Assembly: GCA_964577365.1 (NCBI GenBank)
Contig: CAZNYP010000002.1
Location: 1-55,628 of the forward strand
Reading direction: 5' to 3'
DNA: 55,628 bases
Source: an uncultured Candidatus Saccharibacteria bacterium
GTDB lineage: Bacteria > Patescibacteriota > Minisyncoccia > Phycocordibacterales > PALSA-1337
Shown piece after piece: positions 36,159-44,637 of the stretch (position 1 is its first letter; each line of letters starts with the position of its first letter). The notes below the pieces were generated by a model. That model made no database searches. It was given only the letters and a program-made list of their open reading frames with translations, and had not been told where the DNA came from. The translations under genes were made by a program, and so were the position numbers.

Positions 36159-36753
36159 ACACTATTTTCTTTCGCTCGTCTCCTGTGGCAGTCATAAAGG
36201 AAAGTTCGACTGCACAGAGCTCGATATGCTGGTCAGGAAAACTAGTTTTTGATCCATATTTTGTATCACCGACAAGTGGGTGTCCTATGTGTGAAAATTG
36301 GGCACGGATCTGGTGCTGCCGACCTGTTTCGAGAGTGATGCGCGCAACATTCCCCTTTGCAGTAAACGAAAGTTCGGCATACTGGCCGCGCGAGACCTCG
36401 TGGTCGTACACCTTTGTATAATTTTCCCTTTCATCGTGAACGAGAAAATTTTGCAGTGTGCCCGAAGCAGGCAACTCCCCTTCGACGAGCGCCTCGTATA
36501 TTTTCTCTACCGTGTGCTCGCGGAATTGTAGCGATAGACGTGATGCACCTTTTGATGTCTTTGCAAAAAGAGTGATGCCGCGGACATTGCGATCGAGCTG
36601 GTGGATCATACCGAGAAAGACATTGCCCGGTTTTTTGTATTTTTCTTTTATGTATTCTTTTACCTGGTCCTGTAGTGTATCGATAAGGACTCCTGCGGGT
36701 TTTGCCACAGCAATGAGATGATTGTCCTCATACAAAACAGTTATTTTTTCCAT
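36133..36753 (-). CDS. RluA-family pseudouridine synthase
   Basis: KPAGVL and the catalytic HQLDRNVRGITLFAKT motif. ATG 36753 preferred over the track's GTG 36771. Confidence 0.88.
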   Translation of the reverse strand: MEKITVLYEDNHLIAVAKPAGVLIDTLQDQVKEYIKEKYKKPGNVFLGMIHQLDRNVRGITLFAKTSKGASRLSLQFREHTVEKIYEALVEGELPASGTLQNFLVHDERENYTKVYDHEVSRGQYAELSFTAKGNVARITLETGRQHQIRAQFSHIGHPLVGDTKYGSKTSFPDQHIELCAVELSFMTATGDERKKIVYDSGYGRK

Positions 36754-37535
36754 CGAGCAAATATTCCACACGGGAGGAGTCGGCCCCCATCTTTTTCCTC
36801 GATCGTGAGCTCCCCTTTTTCGATATCACCACCTAGGTCGAGGATATTGTTTGCGTATGCGATCGGAGAATACCCCGCTGCATATCCATTGATTAAAAAG
36901 AATGTCGGACTCTCCGAGAGGATTTTTTTGCAATTTTCAACGAGTGGGAGAAAATGCTGTTCGATCTTCCAGAGCTCATTGTTTGCACCATGACCAAACG
37001 AAGGCGGATCCATGATGATGCCGTCATAAAAATTACCCCGTTTTATCTCGCGCTCGACAAACACGCGCACATCCTCGACGATCCAGCGGATAGGACGGTC
37101 TGCGAGCCCAGAGGCTTCGGCATTTTCACGTGCCCATGTCACAGCTGCTTTTGATCCATCGATATGTACCACTTCTGCTCCTGCCTGTGCACAGGCGAGC
37201 GTTGCTCCTCCAGTATAACCAAAGAGGTTGAGCACCTTTTTCCCTTTGAGGTCGAGTGCACGGAGCCAGTCCCAATTACTTTTATGTTCTGGAAAAAGTC
37301 CTGTATGTTTGAATGCGGTTGGTTTTATAACAAATGTGAGTCCTCCGTATTCGATGTTCCATGACTTGGGAATTTCTTTTTTGAATTGCCATGTGTCGGT
37401 AAATACTGCCACTGCATCTTTCCACAACTCTGGTCGAAGCTTTGGCCAGAGAGCTTGCGGGTCGGGACGAGACATCACCACGTCTCCAAACCGTTCCAAT
37501 TTTTCATTGTCTCCAGAATCAATTAGTTCGTACAT
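36741..37535 (-). CDS. class I SAM-dependent (RlmI/YwbD-like) RNA methyltransferase
   Basis: VLNLFGYTGGATLACA SAM-binding motif I and the IIMDPPSFG motif IV. Confidence 0.82.
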   Translation of the reverse strand: MYELIDSGDNEKLERFGDVVMSRPDPQALWPKLRPELWKDAVAVFTDTWQFKKEIPKSWNIEYGGLTFVIKPTAFKHTGLFPEHKSNWDWLRALDLKGKKVLNLFGYTGGATLACAQAGAEVVHIDGSKAAVTWARENAEASGLADRPIRWIVEDVRVFVEREIKRGNFYDGIIMDPPSFGHGANNELWKIEQHFLPLVENCKKILSESPTFFLINGYAAGYSPIAYANNILDLGGDIEKGELTIEEKDGGRLLPCGIFARWKK

Positions 37536-38967
37536 TTTTTCCAGCCTCTATCCCACTTATGACTTCAGTATTTCCATTTGAACCTTTTAGACCTATGACT
37601 ATTGGGACCTCTGCATATGTCTTGCCTGTAACGACACGTACAAATATTTGCCCTTTACGATCGATGAGTGCGCGAGTCGGGACCGTGAGCACATTTTCTT
37701 TTCGCGCTGTGAGAATATTGATATCTGCAGTCATACCCGAGCGGATACGAGGATCGGCGACGATAGAGAGAGTCACCTTGTAGGTCGGAATACCCTCAAT
37801 CACAGTCTCCGCAGGATCGATCTTTGAGACGGTAGCGGAGAAACTTGCAGTATCTCCATATGCATCGAGTCGTACAGTAGCGCTGTTTCCAACAGAGACT
37901 TTTGAAATATTTGACTCAGGTACAAACACCTCGATCTTGTAGCGATCTGCGGTCATCACAGAAAACACAACAGTGTTTGCGTTTACGGTTTCTCCGACAA
38001 CTGGTTCTACGAGTGTTACCACCCCATCAAACGGAGCGACGAGGGTCATCTTTTGTAGGACAGCCTCTTTTGTTGCAGCATCAGCTATCGCCTGTTCAGT
38101 CTTTGCGCGTTGCGCCTGGACGGACTGAGATGTGGAGCCAGCTTGTTTCAATACGAGATTTCCGCGTGCATCATCATACATAGCCTGTGCATCAATATAG
38201 TTTTTATTCAGCGTAGCAAAAGCGGTCTGTGCACCTGAGAGTGTTTGTTTGTCTGAGTTATCCCTTGCATACTGGTTCATTTTGTCGATTAGGGTCTTTG
38301 TCTTGGTGAGTGTCTCTCGTGTAAACGCAGAGACTTGGTCGACAGAAGGATTTGCGTTTACATATATATCATTCCAATTTTCTATTGACTCTTTGAGTGA
38401 GACACGCAAATTTTCTATTTCCTTTTTTCTGGTGTCACTAGATACATACAGTAGTAGTACAGGGTTGTACGAATCACCGTTTCTAAAAAGGGTATCAATG
38501 CTTTCAAAGAGCATGTCGTCGATCTGAGCAAATGTATCGCGTGCGGTATTTACGAGTGCGCGACTTTCGTTTGTATACGAAGCACCAGATATAGACAACT
38601 CTTCTCGTCGAGTACCCTTTTCGATTTCGTCGAGCTTGGCTCGTTCAGCAAGCACATTTGCCTGAGCGCTTTGATACACAGCTCTCGCCTCGCGACTATC
38701 GAGTGAGCCGAGGACCTGCCCTTTTACTACTGTATCTCCAACTTTTACACCGAGATACGCGAGTACGCCAGTATTTTCAAAAGCAAGATCTGCTTTTTCT
38801 TCTGGAGCGATTTTCCCTGTGACATCGATCTCCTGTACCACGTCAGCAAAAGCCACTTGGGCTGATTCAAAGGCGGCGTCATCTTTTCCCGATACGGATA
38901 GTACAACCACGAGGAGCACTACTACCACAAAGCCAATGATGGCGTATTTGTTCTTTAATTTCTTCAT
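37519..38967 (-). CDS. HlyD-family membrane fusion / periplasmic adaptor protein
   Basis: 482 aa: N-terminal TM helix, lipoyl-like barrel halves flanking a long coiled-coil hairpin, C-terminal beta-barrel. Confidence 0.82.
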   Translation of the reverse strand: MKKLKNKYAIIGFVVVVLLVVVLSVSGKDDAAFESAQVAFADVVQEIDVTGKIAPEEKADLAFENTGVLAYLGVKVGDTVVKGQVLGSLDSREARAVYQSAQANVLAERAKLDEIEKGTRREELSISGASYTNESRALVNTARDTFAQIDDMLFESIDTLFRNGDSYNPVLLLYVSSDTRKKEIENLRVSLKESIENWNDIYVNANPSVDQVSAFTRETLTKTKTLIDKMNQYARDNSDKQTLSGAQTAFATLNKNYIDAQAMYDDARGNLVLKQAGSTSQSVQAQRAKTEQAIADAATKEAVLQKMTLVAPFDGVVTLVEPVVGETVNANTVVFSVMTADRYKIEVFVPESNISKVSVGNSATVRLDAYGDTASFSATVSKIDPAETVIEGIPTYKVTLSIVADPRIRSGMTADINILTARKENVLTVPTRALIDRKGQIFVRVVTGKTYAEVPIVIGLKGSNGNTEVISGIEAGKNVRTN

Positions 38968-39010
38968 TCCTTTGATTTTAAGCTTTTTTTGAGCTATAGT
39001 CTATAGCTAT

Positions 39011-40228
39011 ATGGATATCAGTGCGACCATCCTCTACGTATTTATATTTTGTAGTCTCTACATTCAGCTCTTTCTACTCATCACTTTTTTTGAGGAAGAG
39101 GAAGTAGGGACCAAAAAACAGGGCGAGCTACCGACCGTATCTATCACAATTCCCTGCTACAACGAGGGCAAGACCCTGGCAAAAACCATGCACTCGCTCT
39201 TTGCACTCAACTATCCAAAAGAGAAGCTGACTTTTTTCATTGTAAATGATGGGAGCACCGACGACACTGCGGTGGTAGCAGATTCATTTAAAAGCGAGCG
39301 TGTGACCGTCCTCCATCAAAAGAATGGTGGAAAATACACCGCACTCAACTATGGTATAAAAAACTCAAAAGCAGAGTTCGTCGGCTGTCTCGATGCAGAC
39401 TCCGAGGTACACCCCGATGCATTGCGCAATATGATCCCCCACTTCAAGCATCCCGATATCGTCGCCGTCACCCCCGCAATGGTCGTACACGATCCAAAAA
39501 ATATTCTACAGCTCATGCAGCGCGTCGAGTACCAGATCGGTGTCTTTGCGAAATGGGTGTATGGAAAACTCGATGCGATCCACGTCACCCCTGGGCCTTT
39601 TTCTATATTTCGACGAGATGTCTTTGAAAAAATCGGGTACTTTAGACACGCACACAACACAGAGGATATGGAGATCGCCTTTCGTATCCAGTCACACAGA
39701 CTAAAAATCGCAAATTGCCCGAATGCCTTTGTCTACACCATCACCCCAAACACCGTAAAGAAACTGTACAAGCAACGCGTACGATGGACCTATGGCTATT
39801 TGAAAAATCTGATCGACTACAGACACCTATTCCTCAATCCTCGATACGGAAACATGGGAATGCTCACTCTCCCCTTTGGTATGGTGTCGACCATGGCAGC
39901 TATATACATCTTTGCAAACTTTATCATTCATACTGCTGATTTTATTCATACAAATATATACAAATGGACCATCGTCGGTTTTCATCCAAAATTCAGTTTT
40001 TCGTTTGACTGGTTTTATATAAATACAAATCTCTACGTCCTTCTCTCGGTGATTGTCCTCGCATTTTCTGTGAGTATTATCCTCATCGGCAAAAAAATGA
40101 CGGTTGGCAATGCACGTCCGAGTAGAGACATCATATACTTTTCTGTATTTTATGGCTTCATTGCGCCACTCTGGGTGGGTAAGGCGGTGTACAACACTAT
40201 CCTTGCAAAAAAGACTCCGTGGAGATAA
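39011..40228 (+). CDS. family 2 glycosyltransferase, membrane-integrated (processive synthase-like)
   Basis: VSITIPCYNEG, IVNDGSTDDT, LDADS and QRVRWTYG (QxxRW) motifs with flanking TM helices. Confidence 0.9.
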   Translation: MDISATILYVFIFCSLYIQLFLLITFFEEEEVGTKKQGELPTVSITIPCYNEGKTLAKTMHSLFALNYPKEKLTFFIVNDGSTDDTAVVADSFKSERVTVLHQKNGGKYTALNYGIKNSKAEFVGCLDADSEVHPDALRNMIPHFKHPDIVAVTPAMVVHDPKNILQLMQRVEYQIGVFAKWVYGKLDAIHVTPGPFSIFRRDVFEKIGYFRHAHNTEDMEIAFRIQSHRLKIANCPNAFVYTITPNTVKKLYKQRVRWTYGYLKNLIDYRHLFLNPRYGNMGMLTLPFGMVSTMAAIYIFANFIIHTADFIHTNIYKWTIVGFHPKFSFSFDWFYINTNLYVLLSVIVLAFSVSIILIGKKMTVGNARPSRDIIYFSVFYGFIAPLWVGKAVYNTILAKKTPWR

Positions 40229-40237
40229 GGTGTAGGA

Positions 40238-40909
40238 ATGAATATAAATATCCGCAAATACGTGATGGTGTTTGTCCTCACCTGTCTCATCTTTTTGACC
40301 ATATTTAGTGTGAGCAACTACATCAACAATAAAAAAATAGCTGAGATAAAACTCACCGAGGACAAGATCGCTATCGACATCCTATCACTCGAGACACAGT
40401 TCACTCTCCTCCAGGAAGCAAGCTGTAAAAAGATCCAGGGGACAATCCTCTCAGACGAGTTGAACACGCTCGGTGACCGTCTCTCGTATGCAGAATCCCA
40501 AGGGGTAAACGATCAAAACGTAAGCAACCTCAAAAAGTACTACTCGATCCTCCAGATCAAGGACTATATTTTAACCAAAAAGATTGCGGCTAAATGCCCT
40601 AACAAAGAAGAACCTGTACATACCGTACTTTATTTCTATTCAAATAAAAATAGCTGTGATGACTGCACAAAGACAGGCTTTGTCCTCACCCGTATCCGCC
40701 AGGCTTATCCAAATGTCCGTGTCTATTCATTTGACTACGATATAGATCTCAATGCAGTTGCCACACTCAGATCGATCTATGAGATACCGAATGAGCTCCC
40801 CGTACTCGTGATCAATGAAAAAGTTTTTTCAGGCTACAGAACCATAGAAGAACTGCAAGGACTGATGAAATTAAAGCCGACAGCAAGCAGTACGGACATA
40901 GTGCGTTGA
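40238..40909 (+). CDS. membrane-anchored thioredoxin-fold-like protein (CDDC motif)
   Basis: 223 aa with an N-terminal TM helix. C-terminal region YFYSNKNSCDDCTKTG...ELPVLVINEKVFSGY resembles a Trx/Grx fold. Confidence 0.6.
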   Translation: MNINIRKYVMVFVLTCLIFLTIFSVSNYINNKKIAEIKLTEDKIAIDILSLETQFTLLQEASCKKIQGTILSDELNTLGDRLSYAESQGVNDQNVSNLKKYYSILQIKDYILTKKIAAKCPNKEEPVHTVLYFYSNKNSCDDCTKTGFVLTRIRQAYPNVRVYSFDYDIDLNAVATLRSIYEIPNELPVLVINEKVFSGYRTIEELQGLMKLKPTASSTDIVR

Positions 40910-41255
40910 TCACGAAGAACTGTAGGTAGGTAAGGTACATTGAGAAAATAAATCCAAACGAGACGATTCCAGTCGCAAAGAGAAACAGCTCACGTCTCTT
41001 TAAATCGATAAAGAGAAACAGCACACTCAAGAATCCGATGTAGTAGAGAGCTCCGAGATAGGCTACCGGTATTCCAAACATGGTCGAATACTCGCTCGTT
41101 GTCACCTTTTCGCACCCACCGGTAAGCGTACATGGTGGAACCTCCCCTTTGTAGTGTTGCACCGAGAGGTACAGCGCATCAACCAGGCCGATGGCCCCGA
41201 GTACGAGCACTGCGATGAGTATCTTTTTAAATTTGGGTTGAAGATGCGACAGCAT
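40812..41255 (-). CDS. vitamin K epoxide reductase (VKOR) family protein
   Basis: 147 aa, 4 TM helices, loop cysteines CTLTGGC and the active-site CPYC. Confidence 0.88.
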   Translation of the reverse strand: MLSHLQPKFKKILIAVLVLGAIGLVDALYLSVQHYKGEVPPCTLTGGCEKVTTSEYSTMFGIPVAYLGALYYIGFLSVLFLFIDLKRRELFLFATGIVSFGFIFSMYLTYLQFFVINALCPYCLLSALISSVLAVLLWFCSLKKLFH

Positions 41256-41865
41256 TTTGAATTAATGTTTTAAACTCTTCTGCTGAACGTGGACTCTCGA
41301 TCATCACTCCGTTGAGGAAAAATGTCGGCGTCCCCCGTACCCCAGATGCACTCCCTCCACGGTAGTCATCGTTTACCTTTTGACGCACTTCGCGAGAGAT
41401 GATATCGGTATCAAACTTTTTCACATCGAGACCGAGTCCCTGTGCATAAGTAGAAAATGTCTTTAGTGCATCTGCGCTATTTGCCCAGTCGTTTTGAGTT
41501 TCAAAGAGCACATCGTGCATCTCCCAGAACTTGCCCTGGATACCTGCCGCCTCGGCTGCCGCAGCTGCATAGTCGGCGTTTTTGTGAATCGTGATAAGTG
41601 GAAAATGTCGGTAGACGAAACGAATAGAGGTACTCGCGACCACCTCCTTTGCAATCGGATAAAAAGCAGCACATGCAGGACACTGAAAGTCACTGTATTC
41701 GACGAGAGTCACTGTCGAACTAGCTCCCTTTGACCAGTCCTCGGTAGAAACCGGAACTGTCAGTGTACCTGTAGGTGTTTTCTTGCCCCCGGTACTTGCC
41801 ATCATTCCCCATACGAGTAATGCAATCACTCCGAAAAATACGATCCAAAATATAATTCTATTCAT
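41227..41865 (-). CDS. DsbA-family thiol:disulfide oxidoreductase
   Basis: Anchored thioredoxin fold with a CPAC active site (YSDFQCPACAAF). ATG is preceded by TGATATACT + 6 nt. Confidence 0.9.
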   Translation of the reverse strand: MNRIIFWIVFFGVIALLVWGMMASTGGKKTPTGTLTVPVSTEDWSKGASSTVTLVEYSDFQCPACAAFYPIAKEVVASTSIRFVYRHFPLITIHKNADYAAAAAEAAGIQGKFWEMHDVLFETQNDWANSADALKTFSTYAQGLGLDVKKFDTDIISREVRQKVNDDYRGGSASGVRGTPTFFLNGVMIESPRSAEEFKTLIQNAVASSTQI

Positions 41866-41877
41866 GCGGCTAGTATA

Positions 41878-42411
41878 TCAAAAGAGGTGGGAGAATAACA
41901 CTACCCCAGCCACCCCGAGCGCATTCATCAAAAAAGCAATGAAGAGAAACATTCTTGTTTGTACTCTTGATAGTCCCATGAGCACTATGCCAAATTCATC
42001 AGGAAGTGGTGAGGCGATGATCAGTGCACCGACTACTGGTGATAGCCACTTTAAAAATCCAAAGTGGAATGATCTGAAAAAAGACTTCCAGTGCGTATGC
42101 TTAAGCGCCTTCATCAAATGCATGGAAAAACGATCGCGAATAATATGAAAGAGTATATAATCACCCACCATTGCACCCAGCGCTCCGAATAAAATAACCC
42201 AGTGTGCTGGTAGTACTTGAGCGAGTTGTGCGAGGACGATAGCAGCTGGAGCGAGAGTGAAGGCAGATGTGAAAAAAATGCCCGCCAAAAACACATAGAA
42301 TATACTGTCTGCCCCCTGCAACACCCCGAGACTGACTACATAGAGACCCAGGACAAAAGTGAGGAGAATAATGCAGAAGTCAAAAAACAAATCTCGGTAG
42401 TATCTAGGCAT
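41878..42411 (-). CDS. integral membrane protein (weak DedA/SNARE-associated-like)
   Basis: 177 aa with 4-5 hydrophobic helices. The family call is weak. Confidence 0.6.
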   Translation of the reverse strand: MPRYYRDLFFDFCIILLTFVLGLYVVSLGVLQGADSIFYVFLAGIFFTSAFTLAPAAIVLAQLAQVLPAHWVILFGALGAMVGDYILFHIIRDRFSMHLMKALKHTHWKSFFRSFHFGFLKWLSPVVGALIIASPLPDEFGIVLMGLSRVQTRMFLFIAFLMNALGVAGVVLFSHLF

Positions 42412-42799
42412 GGTGATAGGATTCGTTTTTAATTATAGTACACGCGCGATATATTTGCTCTGCCAAAATGAGCCTGACCAATTCATGAGGAAAAACTAAT
42501 TTTGAGAGGGACCACGTAAAATCGGCTCGATCTTTCACGCTTTGCTCTGCTCCGTACGCATCACCAATGATAAAAACGATGCGTTTACCACTATCCATAC
42601 ATCGTTTTTCAATGAATTGGGATAGCTCAACCGAGCTCAATTCCTTTCCACGCTCATCGAGGAGGATGACAAAGTCTTTTTCATCATACTCTATCTTTGT
42701 TTTCCATTCACATGGAAAATAGTGGTTGATTCTGTTTGTAAAATCAATCACCTTTTCATCTTTTATTTTGTCACCCGGAGAGCAGAACAGGAATTTCAT
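42404..42799 (-). CDS. rlmH: 23S rRNA (pseudouridine1915-N3)-methyltransferase RlmH (SPOUT)
   Basis: From ATG 42799: VILLDERGKELSS, IVFIIGDAYG, and WSLSKLVFPHELVRLILAEQIYRA, the RlmH C-terminal signature. Confidence 0.85.
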   Translation of the reverse strand: MKFLFCSPGDKIKDEKVIDFTNRINHYFPCEWKTKIEYDEKDFVILLDERGKELSSVELSQFIEKRCMDSGKRIVFIIGDAYGAEQSVKDRADFTWSLSKLVFPHELVRLILAEQIYRACTIIKNESYHHA

Positions 42800-43158
42800 T
42801 ATTTTCTTTTGTGGATCATGATGAGGTTCCCGTCTGGATCCTCGACGATTGCCATATAGCACACTGGGTTTTCCAATGTCTCCATAGCAAACTTTATATT
42901 TTTTTCTTTGAGCTCTTTGATAGCCTGGTCAAAGTCCTCTACTTCGAGTGCTGCTGTTCCTCCGTCTTTTCCCGGCTTGAACTCGCCCCACATACCGATA
43001 GAGAGCGCTGCACCAGGGCCGAGGTCGTACTCCACCCACTGTGCATCTACAGCTACCTCCGCTGGAGCTACGAGCCCCAAAACTCCTTCGTAAAATTTTC
43101 TCGAAATATTAAGATCTCTCACGATGTATGACACAAACGCAATTTCTTTTATTTTCAT
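42799..43158 (-). CDS. VOC/glyoxalase-family protein
   Basis: 119 aa; FYEGVLGL...DPDGNLIMI pattern of the glyoxalase/bleomycin-resistance fold. ATG is preceded by TGATACAAT + 6 nt. Confidence 0.82.
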   Translation of the reverse strand: MKIKEIAFVSYIVRDLNISRKFYEGVLGLVAPAEVAVDAQWVEYDLGPGAALSIGMWGEFKPGKDGGTAALEVEDFDQAIKELKEKNIKFAMETLENPVCYMAIVEDPDGNLIMIHKRK

Positions 43159-43175
43159 ATGTGAATTGTATCACC

Positions 43176-43203
43176 TTGACTATAAAAATAGGAGGTGTAG
43201 TAT
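43176..43203 (+). promoter_or_regulatory. sigma70-type promoter for the GC-rich unit
   Basis: TTGACT (43176-43181), 16 nt, TAGTAT (43198-43203). Overlaps, back to back, the minus-strand promoter of the VOC gene. Confidence 0.5.
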
Positions 43204-43209
43204 TTTTGA

Positions 43210-43459
43210 TTGAGCCTTGCTCCAACCATGAATAAAAACTGGATTGAAGACGGCAACCCTAACGGGAGCCGCCGAGAAGTCGAAATTGCAGACCGGATTC
43301 GCGAGCAATCGCGCCCCCAGACGCCCGAAGGAGATGCCGAGGGTTCGCGTCTCGCAAACCGGGCTAAGCCGATCGCAGTTGAAGCCGAACTCGCTCACCA
43401 GGGCGGCTAATGCTTCCCAAACCCCACGCGGAGCTCCACACGGAGCTCCGTCTTTTTTT
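43210..43459 (+). other. GC-rich promoter-to-terminator unit: small ORF (66 aa from TTG 43210, 60 aa from ATG 43228, stop 43410) or structured sRNA
   Basis: Plus-strand-specific terminator: CGGAGCTCC (43429-43437) / GGAGCTCCG (43442-43450) plus a T-run. Local hairpins are CGCGA-GCAA-TCGCG at 43300-43313 and AGACGC/GCGTCT at 43319-43352. The 43210 frame has G-rich first codon positions. Confidence 0.5.
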
Positions 43460-43856
43460 ATTTCTCTGAGTCGATCAGCTTTCGTTTTCTCTCGCTTCCC
43501 CACCGATAGTTCCCGACACCACCTGCAGTCGGTACGACACGATGACATGGGATGAGCAACCCGATTTCGTTTTTGGCGATCGCACTCGCAACCGCGCGTA
43601 CTGCAGTAGGTTTTCCGATCATGCGCGCGACCTCGGTATATGTTTTTGTTTTGCCTTTTGGGATCTTGAGCAATGCACTCCACACTTTTTTCTGAAATAG
43701 AGTCCCTTTTAGATCGAGTCTGCTTTTATAAATATTTATCTTTCTACGAGGCAATTTTGGTATGGTTTTAGAAAAGTATAGTTTTGATATACCTCTTTCA
43801 GAATGAATCACGACATAGGTGCCGCACTCAATAGTTTGTAGGTCGTAGAAATTCAT
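43458..43856 (-). CDS. ogt: methylated-DNA--protein-cysteine methyltransferase
   Basis: 132 aa with the active site IPCHRVV. ATG is preceded by TGGTATAAT + 6 nt. Confidence 0.92.
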   Translation of the reverse strand: MNFYDLQTIECGTYVVIHSERGISKLYFSKTIPKLPRRKINIYKSRLDLKGTLFQKKVWSALLKIPKGKTKTYTEVARMIGKPTAVRAVASAIAKNEIGLLIPCHRVVPTAGGVGNYRWGSERKRKLIDSEK

Positions 43857-43870
43857 ACGCGGATTATACC

Positions 43871-43908
43871 AAAAAACAAACGCCGTCCCTCTGCGGGGAC
43901 GGCGTTTT
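43871..43908. terminator. rho-independent terminator of the 43923..44411 orphan gene
   Basis: CGCCGTCCC (43881-43889) / GGGACGGCG (43896-43904) stem. On the minus strand it is followed by UUUGUUUUUU, immediately before the ogt promoter. Confidence 0.75.
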
Positions 43909-43922
43909 GCACAGAATGCGGA

Positions 43923-44411
43923 TTATAGCAGCACCTCTGGTGGGAGAGCGTACCGTCCGGTTTTGGAAAGGCGGATCGTGGGATGATCGTCCTCAATGCA
44001 AGCGAGCACCTCACGTGTCTGCGGCCAAAAAGGCTCGGCAAAGGCCGTGTTTAAAGATGTCTCGAGTGCCTCGTAGGCAGCGGTGTATTCCAAAAAGAAT
44101 CCTACCGTATCTCGGATGAGGAACGTATTGGTGCCAAGAAGCCAGCTATCGAGCCCGCACCCAGGAGCAGGAGGTTTGTCACCCTCTAGTCTCCCGTCGG
44201 GTTCATGGGATCCTGGATACTTGAAGAGACCTGTCCCTGTGAGACCAATGTAGTAGCCGGGCATAATAATCCGATTAACAAACACAGGCTCATCGCGCGA
44301 CGAACCATGACGCACTCTCCGGAGTACAGGTTGGTCCCCGATCTGCCTTACACTGACCGCATAGAGCAAGTGACTCGCGAGTACAAAAAAGCGCAGATTG
44401 TCTGGTTGCAT
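43923..44411 (-). CDS. hypothetical protein, compositionally atypical orphan (D)
   Basis: 162 aa from ATG 44411 (track ORF extends to GTG 44486). Arg-rich and Lys-poor, with its own terminator. No recognisable motif. Confidence 0.55.
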   Translation of the reverse strand: MQPDNLRFFVLASHLLYAVSVRQIGDQPVLRRVRHGSSRDEPVFVNRIIMPGYYIGLTGTGLFKYPGSHEPDGRLEGDKPPAPGCGLDSWLLGTNTFLIRDTVGFFLEYTAAYEALETSLNTAFAEPFWPQTREVLACIEDDHPTIRLSKTGRYALPPEVLL

Positions 44412-44637
44412 ACGATGGTGGTTGGAGTTGAGAAGATCAGTCTCAAACAATTTACCACTAAACCATACACTGTCAAACCATAGCACTATAAAAATTCGTA
44501 TTCTGTTTTAAAGAGTTTCTGTGCGAGTGCAAAAATCGCATAGGTAATAAAAGGAGCAGCGAGAGCGATAAAAGTACTCACCACCGCAAACACTCCATGG
44601 ATCAGTGTACGAGATTTCATGATTGCATTATACACGA

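Noticed and set aside
43210-43428. Identification of the GC-rich unit as tmRNA, RNase P RNA, SRP RNA or 6S RNA. Fragments such as CTGGATTGAAGACGG, AAACCGGGCTAAGCC and GGGTTCGCGTC loosely resemble tmRNA or RNase P motifs.
   Set aside because: There is no GGAAAGTCC (P4) motif, no tRNA-like acceptor/T-arm with a CCA-proximal end, and no GGAA-capped SRP helix 8 motif. The length (~220 nt) is too short for RNase P or tmRNA. The resemblances are short and probably fortuitous. It is kept only as an unclassified candidate.
43180-43683. 167-aa minus-strand ORF and 103-aa plus-strand ORF (43244..43555) spanning the GC-rich unit and the 3' end of ogt.
   Set aside because: Both run through a terminator hairpin and overlap the well-supported ogt CDS in another frame. 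Open frames are expected by chance in GC-rich sequence because stop codons are AT-rich.
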